Sequence record: PV419677.1
Direction: 5' to 3' (one strand)
Source: a phage
Length of the DNA stretch: 64,000 bases
The position numbers and the translations under genes are program-made. The notes under the pieces were generated by a model, which made no database searches, was not told the DNA's origin, and saw nothing but the letters and a program-made list of their open reading frames with translations. Each line of letters opens with the position of its first letter. Positions within the stretch are counted from its first letter, which is position 1. Positions 53,229 to 63,902 of the stretch are shown piece after piece.

Positions 53229-53578
53229 TTGGTGAGCTCCTGGAAGTCCTGGGCGAACTTATCAAAAGACTGATTAATCTGTTTTTCAACTAATTTAGGC
53301 TTCGCTGCCACAACCTTAGTACGTTTTGCATCTGCACGGAGTTTATCATTTTCCTTCTGCAGGAGTTCAACATATTCCTGACGCTCCTGGTCAAGGAGAT
53401 TAATTTGATTAATCTGGTCTTTTACTGATTGCAGATTTTTCGCGTTATCTTCTGCAACTTTGGTGACTTCCGCCACCGCCGTCTTGAGATTATCTACTTT
53501 TGCTTTTAGATAGAAACCACTACCAGCAGTTACTACCAGGGCGAGCATAAGCCCTGCAGTGAGATTACTTATTTGCAT
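53225..53578 (-). CDS. Inner-membrane spanin (i-spanin, pseT.3-like)
   Basis: 117 aa; N-terminal TM segment LTAGLMLALVVTAGSGFYL followed by charged coiled-coil. Confidence 0.7.
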   Translation of the reverse strand: MQISNLTAGLMLALVVTAGSGFYLKAKVDNLKTAVAEVTKVAEDNAKNLQSVKDQINQINLLDQERQEYVELLQKENDKLRADAKRTKVVAAKPKLVEKQINQSFDKFAQDFQELTK

Positions 53579-54072
53579 AACTTGATGATTACCTCAACAA
53601 TATCATCCTGGGATAAGCCATTCAGGAGGATGTGATTTGTACTGTCAGATGCTGAAATGCGGAACTGATTACCAACTTCATCCGCCATATCATCCTGGGT
53701 TAACACTGGATGTTTAATTCCCAGGCGGTGTTGAAGTGTCAGGGGTTCAACCACAACATAACAAACACATCCATTGATATGCACATTAGGTTGGGTCTGA
53801 TTGATGAACACTTCTGCATCATATTTAACCAAATGGTTCTTTAAGAAGTCAACCATTTCAGGAACAGATTCATGCAGTGCTTCTTTCCGCTCTTCTGATT
53901 TTTTATCACGATATTCTTTTTGTTTCGCCTTCAACTTTTTGTTAGAGGCGAGTTTTTTCCGCAGGTCAGTCATAAGACCAATTTTCTTGGTCCCTTTATA
54001 GACATAAATTCCGTCATGACGGTCACCATATTCATTGACAATCATTTCATTTGAAATCAGTTGCATATCCAT
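53569..54072 (-). CDS. alc: Alc-like protein, assigned by position and 167-aa length
   Basis: Start trimmed to internal Met (RBS GAGGA), 167 aa; lies between the spanins and rnlA as alc does in T4; sequence identity to T4 Alc not verifiable here. Confidence 0.45.
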   Translation of the reverse strand: MDMQLISNEMIVNEYGDRHDGIYVYKGTKKIGLMTDLRKKLASNKKLKAKQKEYRDKKSEERKEALHESVPEMVDFLKNHLVKYDAEVFINQTQPNVHINGCVCYVVVEPLTLQHRLGIKHPVLTQDDMADEVGNQFRISASDSTNHILLNGLSQDDIVEVIIKLCK

Positions 54073-54085
54073 AATATTTTCCTCA

Positions 54086-54319
54086 TTAGTAGCGGTTGTA
54101 ACCCCGGGGACCAAAAGAGTTGGCACCCAGGCGCTCATCTTTCTTTTTGGCTCTTGCTCTAAACCCAGAATCACCTGTTTGAGCTTTCAGTTCTTTTAAC
54201 AATTTGGCCTTTAGGTCAGTAATGAAACCAATCCGGCGGTCTCCCTTATAGACATAGATTCCATCATTTCTGTCACCATATGCCTTTGTAACTCTGTCAT
54301 TTGTAATTAAGTTTAACAT
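54086..54319 (-). CDS. Small paralog of the N-terminal domain of the alc-like protein
   Basis: 77 aa from Met12 (RBS GAGGA); shares motif AYGDRNDGIYVYKGDRRIGFITDLKAKL with downstream NEYGDRHDGIYVYKGTKKIGLMTDLRKKL. Confidence 0.55.
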   Translation of the reverse strand: MLNLITNDRVTKAYGDRNDGIYVYKGDRRIGFITDLKAKLLKELKAQTGDSGFRARAKKKDERLGANSFGPRGYNRY

Positions 54320-54349
54320 GTTTTGGTCCTCATCAGTAGTTGATGGAAC

Positions 54350-54380
54350 CATTATGTATAGAAAGAAGGGGCTTGTACAC
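54350..54380 (-). promoter_or_regulatory. T4 early-type promoter
   Basis: Minus strand GTGTACAAG then spacer then CATAATGG; -35 sits in terminator hairpin of rnlA. Confidence 0.5.
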
Positions 54381-54390
54381 CCCTTTTTTA

Positions 54391-55527
54391 TTATTCAGGA
54401 AGGATTACTTCCGCCTGGTAGTCTAACGGAATGTAAAGTTTATGATTTTTAAGGAAAACTTTATTGATTTGAGCAATCGTTTGTTCAGTTTCCTGTGGGC
54501 GTTGATAGGTGTTCATTAATACGGAGAACAATCCCGGGTATGGTTTACACAACTCTTGACCTTTAATCGCAAACTCGCGTCGGTCTTTTCCTGCTAACTG
54601 TTTTTGTGCATCAAGCAACAATCCCAGTGTATTGGACAGATAATCCAGATGCGTTGCAGTAAAGGCAGTAACTTTTTCACGAGCATAAGTATCGCCAGTA
54701 AACATGGCAATAACATCATCCGCCCCGCCAGCAACAACAACTTCAAACAGTCGTTCGTTATTATTAATGGAGTCTTTAGTATGATGCAGAGCACAATACC
54801 ATTCTGTTTTCATCTTGAACTTCTGACCACTCGCCAGCTCATAGACGAAACCTTCAATCTCTTTCATGCCACGAACGTTCTCAATGCTCGCTGGGTCATA
54901 TGCTTCAACCAGGAAAGGACGAAGCGCTGCATCTTTGAACAGCTCCTGATAAGGAATATATTCACCCGTTTCATTATGGCGAACGTTCAACAAAATCAAG
55001 TCACGTTCCTGGTAAGGAAGAACAATGCGATTTGTTGGTGCAACATATTCCATATTGCAAGTATATCCAGCTTCAGTGATTTCAGTCACACGGGCTCTGA
55101 ACGCTTCACGATGAGGTTGTTTAAACACCTGCAGAGCTTCAGCAGCTTGTGAGCTTTTGATTGACCCTTTGGATTTAAACGCGATATTAGTCTGGTCCAT
55201 ATAAGTGGAAACCAAACTACCATCAGCTTTTGCAGTAACCAGGACAACTTCATCAAGGTTAAGACCAATAGTCATTGGGTTCTCACCCAGATTAAAGAAT
55301 TTTTCCATTGGACGGGCCGCAATGCGAACTGGACCATTGTCATCCATTTCAAACATAATGCCACGGCACTCCAGCGCATCATCAAGGAGCCAATCACTAT
55401 AGGAAGCATAGTTATAGCTAAAGATGCGGAACTTAGTTTCAAATGGAGAAACAAAATCCGTATAGAAAAACTTACCTTTATCAGATTCGGCGCAAAGCTT
55501 CATTAAGTTATCATATAATTCAATCAT
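54391..55527 (-). CDS. rnlA: RNA ligase 1
   Basis: 378 aa (T4 374); ...RIFSYNYASYSDWLL.DALECRGIMFEMD... and KADGSL motif I match T4 Rnl1. Confidence 0.95.
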   Translation of the reverse strand: MIELYDNLMKLCAESDKGKFFYTDFVSPFETKFRIFSYNYASYSDWLLDDALECRGIMFEMDDNGPVRIAARPMEKFFNLGENPMTIGLNLDEVVLVTAKADGSLVSTYMDQTNIAFKSKGSIKSSQAAEALQVFKQPHREAFRARVTEITEAGYTCNMEYVAPTNRIVLPYQERDLILLNVRHNETGEYIPYQELFKDAALRPFLVEAYDPASIENVRGMKEIEGFVYELASGQKFKMKTEWYCALHHTKDSINNNERLFEVVVAGGADDVIAMFTGDTYAREKVTAFTATHLDYLSNTLGLLLDAQKQLAGKDRREFAIKGQELCKPYPGLFSVLMNTYQRPQETEQTIAQINKVFLKNHKLYIPLDYQAEVILPE

Positions 55528-55934
55528 TTCTTCACCTTATGTTGGTAATTCCACGGGGGATTAAAAAGCTTGATGAACATCGGCTCTTCCAGAGACATCG
55601 TTTCGACTGACATCGTACCAAGTTCATTGGTCATTGACAGATTGAAACATTGTCGTGCATAGAATACCACCTTTTTGCCTTCTTGTAAAGCTTCATGTAT
55701 CATCCGGGATTTGTTTGAATCACTCGTCTGTTCGATTCGGTTAATTGCAGTCCGGTAATAGTTGATACGCTTCTTAAGGTTGTTCGTCTTACCAATATAC
55801 ACTAGTTCATCATCAACTGAAATAGCATAGATAACATTTTTCTTGTTTGCGAGAGTAAGGATAGGGATTTTACCATCGACTAACTCTAACTCCGCGTATT
55901 TTATAAAACTGTATTCGTCAGCGATTTGTTTCAT
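55524..55934 (-). CDS. denA: Endonuclease II (GIY-YIG family)
   Basis: Start trimmed to MKQIADEY; about 136 aa; GIY-YIG core VYIGKT...RINYYRTAINR; aligns with remembered T4 EndoII. Confidence 0.85.
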   Translation of the reverse strand: MKQIADEYSFIKYAELELVDGKIPILTLANKKNVIYAISVDDELVYIGKTNNLKKRINYYRTAINRIEQTSDSNKSRMIHEALQEGKKVVFYARQCFNLSMTNELGTMSVETMSLEEPMFIKLFNPPWNYQHKVKK

Positions 55935-55938
55935 AGAC

Positions 55939-55960
55939 AAAAAGGGCCGAAGCCCTTTCC
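55939..55960 (-). terminator. Terminator after nrdB
   Basis: GGGCCGAAGCCC; minus strand reads stem then TTTTTG. Confidence 0.55.
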
Positions 55961-57139
55961 TTATAGATATTTACGGAAACCAGCAAGAACGTTCTCATCG
56001 ACGTCATTGTCAATCTGGGCTACCAGGTAAGCAGACAACTCAACTTCTTGTGGTGCTGATTGCACATTATCAGAGTTAAGATATTCGCGAATCCATGGAA
56101 TCGGGTGCTTAGTAGATTCTAACACGATTTCACACGGTAGACCGCATTGCTTCATACGAGAAACCGTCAGGTAATCGATGAACCGGTTAAGAATCTCGAC
56201 GCTCAGCCCAGGGAGTCCACCATCTTTAAACAGATGCACGGCCCATTCTTTTTCCTGGCGATTAACTTCCATGAAAATGGCTGCGGCTTCTGCTTCACAT
56301 TCGTGTGCAATTTTAACCCATTCGTCACCGTCAACACCAGTCTGCAACTGACGAAGAATATATTGGGTCCCCTTAAGGTGGAGCTGTTCATCACGGGCGA
56401 TGAACTTCATTATCTTCGCATTGCCTTCCATGATTTCCATGTTCTTATGGAAGTTGAAAGTACAGGCAAAAGATACATAAAAACGAATGGCTTCCAGGGC
56501 ATTAATGACATGCAGACAAAGGTAAAGAGAACGCATTAGTTCGTATTTGCATTCTTCTACATGCGTAAGGATATTCGAATATGCGTCCAAATCATATTCA
56601 TTTTCTGAAAAATGCCTAAAAATTTCTTTTGTGTTTTCCCATTCGCGGGTTTTATTCAGAACATCATCATAGTAATGACCGATGGATTCTGCACGCTTCA
56701 TGATTGCATCATCTAACAGGATTTCGTCGAATACCTTCGCCGGGTCCGTATAGAGATTTCGCATGATGTGCGTATAAGAACGAGAGTGAATTGTCTCGCT
56801 GAATGTCCAGGTCTGAATCCATGTATCAAGACTTGGGTCGGAAACTAATGCGGCTAATGCTGCAGCTGGAGCACGACCCTGGATACTATCCAGAAGTGAT
56901 TGATACTTCAGGTTGTTGGTAAAAATATTTTGTTGATGTTCAGGAAGCTTATTAAATTGGGCTCCATCCATCATCAGGTTTACTTCCTCTGGACGCCAGA
57001 AGAATGATAATTGCTTTTCTGTTAATTCTTCGAAAACTTTATGACGTTGGATATCATAACGGGCAATCCCCAATCCTGAACCGAAGAACATTGGCTCGGC
57101 TAAAACATCCACCGGAGTGGTATTAAAAACTGTACTCAT
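55961..57139 (-). CDS. nrdB: Ribonucleotide reductase small subunit
   Basis: 392 aa (T4 388), continuous ORF; diiron ferritin-like RNR beta. Confidence 0.9.
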   Translation of the reverse strand: MSTVFNTTPVDVLAEPMFFGSGLGIARYDIQRHKVFEELTEKQLSFFWRPEEVNLMMDGAQFNKLPEHQQNIFTNNLKYQSLLDSIQGRAPAAALAALVSDPSLDTWIQTWTFSETIHSRSYTHIMRNLYTDPAKVFDEILLDDAIMKRAESIGHYYDDVLNKTREWENTKEIFRHFSENEYDLDAYSNILTHVEECKYELMRSLYLCLHVINALEAIRFYVSFACTFNFHKNMEIMEGNAKIMKFIARDEQLHLKGTQYILRQLQTGVDGDEWVKIAHECEAEAAAIFMEVNRQEKEWAVHLFKDGGLPGLSVEILNRFIDYLTVSRMKQCGLPCEIVLESTKHPIPWIREYLNSDNVQSAPQEVELSAYLVAQIDNDVDENVLAGFRKYL

Positions 57140-57177
57140 TTTATTTCCTCAATAGCTCATCCATGAGCATAATTATA

Positions 57178-59433
57178 TCAAAGTTTACAGGCGGAGCAGT
57201 CTTCTGCTTTAGGAGCTTCGATTTCGTAATCGTCTGTACCAGAACCATCTCTAGTGTTATGATAATAAAGGTTTTTACCACCAAAATACCAGAAGTACAT
57301 CAAGTCGTCAAGCATAACTGACATCGGAACTTTTCCTTTCGGATAATTCTGCGGGTCATAATATGTATTGGCTGATGCTGACTGACAAATCCATTTCAAC
57401 ATAATCGCGACTTGGGTCAGGTAAGGTTTGTTACCTTGCTTAGCCAACACCCATGCATAATCGTACAATCCTTTATTATGTTCGATATTCGGAACAACCT
57501 GGTTAAAGGAACCCTCTTTACTTTCCTTGATACTTACTGGACCGCGCGGAGGTTCGATACCGTTTGTAGAGTTGGAAACTTGGCTGCTTGACTCGCAAGG
57601 CATGAGCGCAGATAAGGTGCTATTACGGATGCCGTGTGCAACCAGGTCTTCCCGCAACGACGACCAGTCACAAACGTAGTTTGGAGCTGCGATTTGGTCA
57701 ATCTTTTTATTGTACCAGTCGATAGGTAATTCGCCTCGAGCCCAACGAGTGTCTGAATAATATTCGCAAGGTCCTTTTTCTTTGGCGAGCTTGATTGATG
57801 CACGGATAAGGCCATATTGTAATCTCTCAAATAGTTCGTGTGTTAAATCATTTGCATCAGCGTATGAAGCGAAATTACTTGCCAGCCATGCAGCATAGTT
57901 AGTAACCCCAACACCCAGGTTGCGCCGTTTTTTGGCTTTCAGAGCTTCTTTAACCGGATAACCCTGGTAGTCCAACAGGTTATCAAGAGCACGAACTTGT
58001 ACTTCGGCCAGCTCGTTAATTTTATCTTGGTCCTGCCAGTCAAAACTATCCAGAACAAATGCAGACAATGTGCACAATCCGATTTCAGCATCTTCGCTGT
58101 TTACATCAGTGGTCGGGATTGCAATTTCGCAGCAAAGGTTTGATTGACGAATTGGAGCCTTATCACGGATGAACGGGGTGTAGTCATTCACGTTATCAAC
58201 GAACTGTGGATAAACCCTGGCTGTCCCGGAACGTTCGGTCATGAATAATTCAAATACATCTTTTGCTTTGATGCGCTTCTTACGAACCGTCGGGTCTTTT
58301 TCCAAGGCTTCATATAACTCACGAAATTTATCCGGGTTATCAAAATACGAATAATACAATTCCCCGCCAGCTTCGTGTGGGCTAAACAGAGTGATGTAAT
58401 CATTCTTAGCCAGTCGTTCCATCATCAGGTTATTCAGCTGGACACCATAGTCCATATGTCTGATGCGGTTTTCTTCAACGCCCTTGTTGTTCTTCAGAAC
58501 GAGTAAATTTTCAACTTCCAAATGCCAAATAGGATAATAAGCAGTAGCAGCGCCGCCACGGATTCCACCTTGTGAACATGATTTAACAGCCGTTTGGAAA
58601 TGTTTCCAGAACGGAATAACACCAGTATGCTTGACTTCACCCATACCGATTTTCGAACCTTCAGCACGAATCATGCCAACGTTGATACCGATACCCGCAC
58701 GCTTACTGATATATTCGATGATTGAGTTAGCAGTCTTATTAATTGACTTCAGGGAGTCAGCAGCTTCGATAACCACACAGGAACTGAACTGCCTGGTAGG
58801 TGTTCTGGCGCCCGCCATGATAGGTGTGGGCAACGAAACCTGTTGCGTGGATACTGCATCATAAAAACGGCAAACGTGCTTCAGGCGGTCCGTTGGTTCA
58901 TCCTGGTGCAGTGCCATGCCAATGGCCATGATAGCGAACTGTGGAGTCTCATAGATTTTCCCAGTGGTTTTATCTTTAACCAGGTATTTCTCTTTAAGTT
59001 GCATCGCGCCTGCATAAGTCAGGTCAAAATCGCGTTCGTGTTTGATACGAGATTCCAGGTAAGTAATCTCTTCAGCCGAGTAGCTTGACAACAGCTCCGG
59101 GTCATATTTACCTTCATTAACACAATAAGAAATCTGGTCAATAAAAGAACGTGGCTCAAACTGGCCATAAACATCTTTACGCAGAGCAAACATCGTAGCT
59201 TTGGCTGCAACATATTGGTAATCTGGTTCTTCAACCGAAATAAGCCCAGCAGATACTTTGATGATAACCGTCTGAATATCACGAGTAGTCATGCCATCGC
59301 GCAGATGTGGTTTGATTGTTTCGTATAATTCATACGGGTCGATATTAGTTCCTTCACATGACCAGGAAAGAACTTTAATAATTTTCTGGCCATCAAAATC
59401 TTGAGATACACCACTACTTTTTTGTACTTGCAT
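57178..59433 (-). CDS. nrdA: Ribonucleotide reductase large subunit
   Basis: 751 aa (T4 754); N-terminus MQ...KSSGVSQ.FD.QKIIKVLSW matches T4 NrdA; C-terminal Cys pair CSACKL. Confidence 0.95.
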   Translation of the reverse strand: MQVQKSSGVSQDFDGQKIIKVLSWSCEGTNIDPYELYETIKPHLRDGMTTRDIQTVIIKVSAGLISVEEPDYQYVAAKATMFALRKDVYGQFEPRSFIDQISYCVNEGKYDPELLSSYSAEEITYLESRIKHERDFDLTYAGAMQLKEKYLVKDKTTGKIYETPQFAIMAIGMALHQDEPTDRLKHVCRFYDAVSTQQVSLPTPIMAGARTPTRQFSSCVVIEAADSLKSINKTANSIIEYISKRAGIGINVGMIRAEGSKIGMGEVKHTGVIPFWKHFQTAVKSCSQGGIRGGAATAYYPIWHLEVENLLVLKNNKGVEENRIRHMDYGVQLNNLMMERLAKNDYITLFSPHEAGGELYYSYFDNPDKFRELYEALEKDPTVRKKRIKAKDVFELFMTERSGTARVYPQFVDNVNDYTPFIRDKAPIRQSNLCCEIAIPTTDVNSEDAEIGLCTLSAFVLDSFDWQDQDKINELAEVQVRALDNLLDYQGYPVKEALKAKKRRNLGVGVTNYAAWLASNFASYADANDLTHELFERLQYGLIRASIKLAKEKGPCEYYSDTRWARGELPIDWYNKKIDQIAAPNYVCDWSSLREDLVAHGIRNSTLSALMPCESSSQVSNSTNGIEPPRGPVSIKESKEGSFNQVVPNIEHNKGLYDYAWVLAKQGNKPYLTQVAIMLKWICQSASANTYYDPQNYPKGKVPMSVMLDDLMYFWYFGGKNLYYHNTRDGSGTDDYEIEAPKAEDCSACKL

Positions 59434-59466
59434 GTTTTCCTCTATAGTTCAAAAGGGTTGGGAACC

Positions 59467-59712
59467 TTAAATTATCTCTGGTAGTTCCGAAGTCATTTCA
59501 TCATTATATTCTTCTTCTGACTGAACAGTGATGTCAAAATATGACTGGACGTCACCGGCTGAATCATGACAGTAGACACGTTCATGTCGTTTGGCCAGAA
59601 ATTTGATTCCGTCAATAGTGATATAAGAATTTGGTGCAGGTAAATCCTGTTCGGTAAATTGTGGCATTTCAAAAATGACTTCGCCTGACTGGCGTTTAAA
59701 TCGTAAATTCAT
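59467..59712 (-). CDS. Hypothetical protein (nrdA.x-like position)
   Basis: 81-aa ORF. Confidence 0.45.
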   Translation of the reverse strand: MNLRFKRQSGEVIFEMPQFTEQDLPAPNSYITIDGIKFLAKRHERVYCHDSAGDVQSYFDITVQSEEEYNDEMTSELPEII

Positions 59713-59771
59713 AATTTCCTCTCATTAAATTTTAAATAATTATATCACGGTGCCCTGAAGCGGAATCGTAT

Positions 59772-60071
59772 TTATGCGCCCAAATCCTCGAGCGAAAAGG
59801 TGTCTTTGAAAAGTTTGTTAACAACCAGAGCGATAACATCGCCATGACATGCTTTCGGTTTGCATGTACACGCTAATCGCATTCCGCGAAGGGTTTCAAG
59901 GTGTTCTCTTTTGATTTCACCCGATTTAATCTTTGCTATGAAATATTCTTTAAAGTTCTTTATGTTTTCTTCTCGGGTACCATCTTTATATGGGTTTCCC
60001 CACATGGTGCCCCGTTGAATATTCACATCAAAGTCGGATTGATATTTGTTAACAACCCGACAGGCTTTCAT
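59772..60071 (-). CDS. Small Cys/His motif protein (nrdA.x-like position)
   Basis: 99 aa; motifs TMWGNPY and LACTCKPKACHGD. Confidence 0.5.
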   Translation of the reverse strand: MKACRVVNKYQSDFDVNIQRGTMWGNPYKDGTREENIKNFKEYFIAKIKSGEIKREHLETLRGMRLACTCKPKACHGDVIALVVNKLFKDTFSLEDLGA

Positions 60072-60132
60072 AGTAGGAAGTTAAGTCCGACCATTATGGC
60101 CAGAAATAAAATACTGGCAATTTGAATTTTCA

Positions 60133-61791
<1,659 letters not shown>

Positions 61792-61795
<4 letters not shown>

Positions 61796-62133
61796 TTTAA
61801 TTCCTTAACTGCCTTTTTAATGGTAGTAAAATCTTTGCGAATATCAAGAACCAATTTGTAAAGATGTTTAATTGTATCTGTATCAAAATATGATACCGCA
61901 CAACGAGAATTGCGAATATCTTCTAATGAATACTTGCTTTCACTTGTACCATATCCAATGATACCACTAATGCACTTGTCATTAAGCGTATATTTCTGTG
62001 GACCATCAATAATATTTTTAGGATAGATGTAAAGGCTCCAATCAAATTTTTGTTCAAGCGTATTAACCTTAACTTCAAGAATCAGTTCAGGATGTGCATC
62101 ATCTTTAGCAAAACAAGTGTATTCAGTAAGCAT
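61792..62133 (-). CDS. Hypothetical protein (frd.2-like position)
   Basis: Start trimmed to internal ATG 62133 (RBS GAGGA), 113 aa; the longer track ORF overlaps the next gene out of frame. Confidence 0.5.
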
Positions 62134-62143
62134 TATATTTTCC

Positions 62144-62383
62144 TCACGCTTTCTTAGCAACTTTCCAGTCAGCTTTAAATTGGTCAACGTCAGAGTGATG
62201 AATCCAGAAACCAGATGAGCTGCCATCTTCATAAAGAGGACAACCATCGCACTCATCTTTCCAACCCATCGCGCATAAAGTTTCTTCAGCTTTTTCCAGA
62301 GCTTCTGGATTGTTACCCTGGATTGTAAAGTACCATTTGCCTTTAACTTCTGAATCTTTGATGCTCTCACGTTGTAATTTCAT
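62144..62383 (-). CDS. Hypothetical protein
   Basis: 79-aa ORF; RBS GGAG; early promoter 62424-62454. Confidence 0.55.
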   Translation of the reverse strand: MKLQRESIKDSEVKGKWYFTIQGNNPEALEKAEETLCAMGWKDECDGCPLYEDGSSSGFWIHHSDVDQFKADWKVAKKA

Positions 62384-62423
62384 TTTATTCTCCAGTGTTT
62401 TAGTTGTTAACTCAGTATGGGAC

Positions 62424-62454
62424 CATTATGTCATAGCCCCATTTGGTTGTACAC
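62424..62454 (-). promoter_or_regulatory. T4 early-type promoter
   Basis: Minus strand AGTAGTGTACAA then spacer then CATAATGG. Confidence 0.5.
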
Positions 62455-62460
62455 TACTTT

Positions 62461-62715
62461 TTAAATTTTATCAAGCCATTTGCCAAGTTTAATCATTTCC
62501 TTGGTGGCTTTTTCCATACTTCTGAACTTAACTAATAAAGGATGAGTATCAACACCCATAACAAGATTGGTTGCAAGACTGTGCTCGCCCACAAGCCACA
62601 ACGAGTATGTTTGAACATCGAGGCCATAATTTCTGTCTTTATGAACTCGTACACCCATCACTTCAAATTGTTCACTGGCTTTTTCCACTGCATTCAGGAA
62701 ATCATCTTTAGTCAT
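62461..62715 (-). CDS. Hypothetical protein
   Basis: 84 aa from ATG 62715, coupled to upstream stop (TAACATG). Confidence 0.45.
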   Translation of the reverse strand: MTKDDFLNAVEKASEQFEVMGVRVHKDRNYGLDVQTYSLWLVGEHSLATNLVMGVDTHPLLVKFRSMEKATKEMIKLGKWLDKI

Positions 62716-62716
62716 G

Positions 62717-63079
62717 TTAAATTCCAAAAGTTGCTTTAATCAAGGCAACAACTTCTGCCGCATTTTTGTGATTTACCTGCACATGAATGGTTTGGGTATC
62801 AACAGGTGCATCGCCATCAACTTCCAGGAAGTGACAGAATTCCCATCCAGCGAGTTCAAAGTACTCATCAGCACCACCCATACTATTCAGGATGGTGCCA
62901 TCTTTCATTTCAACTTTTTCAACAAAATAATCACCTTCAATATAACACATATCCAGGACTTTGAAGGAATTGCCATGTTGTTCCATCAACCTGACCATGC
63001 ACGAATTGTCATCAGGACTATCAGCGATGAATTGTTTTTTGGCAGCGGGGTCTAATACGTAAAATTTACCAGTTTCCAT
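62717..63079 (-). CDS. Hypothetical protein, member of a 120-aa paralog pair
   Basis: 120 aa; RBS GAGGA; shares ...GDYF...DG...DEYFEL..WEF... pattern with 63429..63791. Confidence 0.55.
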   Translation of the reverse strand: METGKFYVLDPAAKKQFIADSPDDNSCMVRLMEQHGNSFKVLDMCYIEGDYFVEKVEMKDGTILNSMGGADEYFELAGWEFCHFLEVDGDAPVDTQTIHVQVNHKNAAEVVALIKATFGI

Positions 63080-63110
63080 TTTAATTTCCTCATATTCAAT
63101 TGAGGGAACA

Positions 63111-63140
63111 TATTATCATGTCCCCGTTTGTTTGTATACT
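63111..63140 (-). promoter_or_regulatory. Early-type promoter (weaker match)
   Basis: Minus strand GTATACAAACAAACGGGGACATGATAAT. Confidence 0.4.
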
Positions 63141-63366
63141 AAGCTTCAATCAAATTCATATAAAATTTAGTGTCTTCAGGGTACATACCATCACAATATT
63201 CATTTTGCATAAAGCGGGTAATGTCTTCAAGAGGACCTTGGACTTCAATTTGAATACCAAAGACTTCAGTATCTTTAATGTAAGTCATACACAAAGAAGG
63301 ATAACGATTGCGGATAACTTCGTAAGTGTATTCAAAATCAACGATATCAATATTAACCTTAGCCAT
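63139..63366 (-). CDS. Hypothetical protein
   Basis: 75-aa ORF; RBS GAGGA; early promoter inside hairpin 63395-63426. Confidence 0.5.
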   Translation of the reverse strand: MAKVNIDIVDFEYTYEVIRNRYPSLCMTYIKDTEVFGIQIEVQGPLEDITRFMQNEYCDGMYPEDTKFYMNLIEA

Positions 63367-63394
63367 TTTATTTTCCTCATGTAGTTGATAGGTC

Positions 63395-63426
63395 TATAAT
63401 ATCTCAGCCATAGACCTGTTGTAAAC
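63395..63426 (-). promoter_or_regulatory. T4 early-type promoter embedded in hairpin
   Basis: Minus strand GTTTACAA then spacer then TATTAT; plus strand hairpin AGGTCTAT...ATAGACCT. Confidence 0.5.
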
Positions 63427-63428
63427 TG

Positions 63429-63791
63429 CTATTTGAAAGCTTTTTGTAGAAGTTCAATGATTTGGTCGACGTTATTAGCATCCACAACACAATTAATAGA
63501 AACCGCTCCTGAAGGTGTTTTTGCATAACTAGAGTATTCACGGAAGCAATAAAACTCTTCTTCACTAAGTTCAAAATAATCATCACCCATGCCATCATCA
63601 TTATAGATTGCACCATTAGCACAAATGATTTCGGTTACATAATCATAGCCATCTGCGCTTGATATTGATTTAACTTCAAACCAACCACCATTTTCTTGGA
63701 TGATGTCGACCATACTAGCATTCGATGAACTAATATCAATGAAAGATTTAATACGCTGTGGATTGAACTCATATTTTTTGCCGATTTCCAT
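63429..63791 (-). CDS. Hypothetical protein, member of a 120-aa paralog pair
   Basis: 120 aa; RBS GAGGA; early promoter 63829-63859. Confidence 0.55.
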   Translation of the reverse strand: MEIGKKYEFNPQRIKSFIDISSSNASMVDIIQENGGWFEVKSISSADGYDYVTEIICANGAIYNDDGMGDDYFELSEEEFYCFREYSSYAKTPSGAVSINCVVDANNVDQIIELLQKAFK

Positions 63792-63828
63792 TTTTATTTC
63801 CTCAGTTGTTATCAGTAGTTGATGGAAT

Positions 63829-63859
63829 CATTATGCCTTAGCTCAAAGGACTTGTACAC
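63829..63859 (-). promoter_or_regulatory. T4 early-type promoter
   Basis: Minus strand AGTAGTGTACAAG then spacer then CATAATGATTCC. Confidence 0.5.
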
Positions 63860-63877
63860 TACTTTTTGAAAATAAAA

Positions 63878-63902
63878 AAGGGACCCGAAGGTCCCCTTTA
63901 TA
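63878..63902 (-). terminator. Terminator after gene 32
   Basis: GGGACCCGAAGGTCCCC; minus strand reads stem then TTTTTTATTTTC. Confidence 0.65.
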
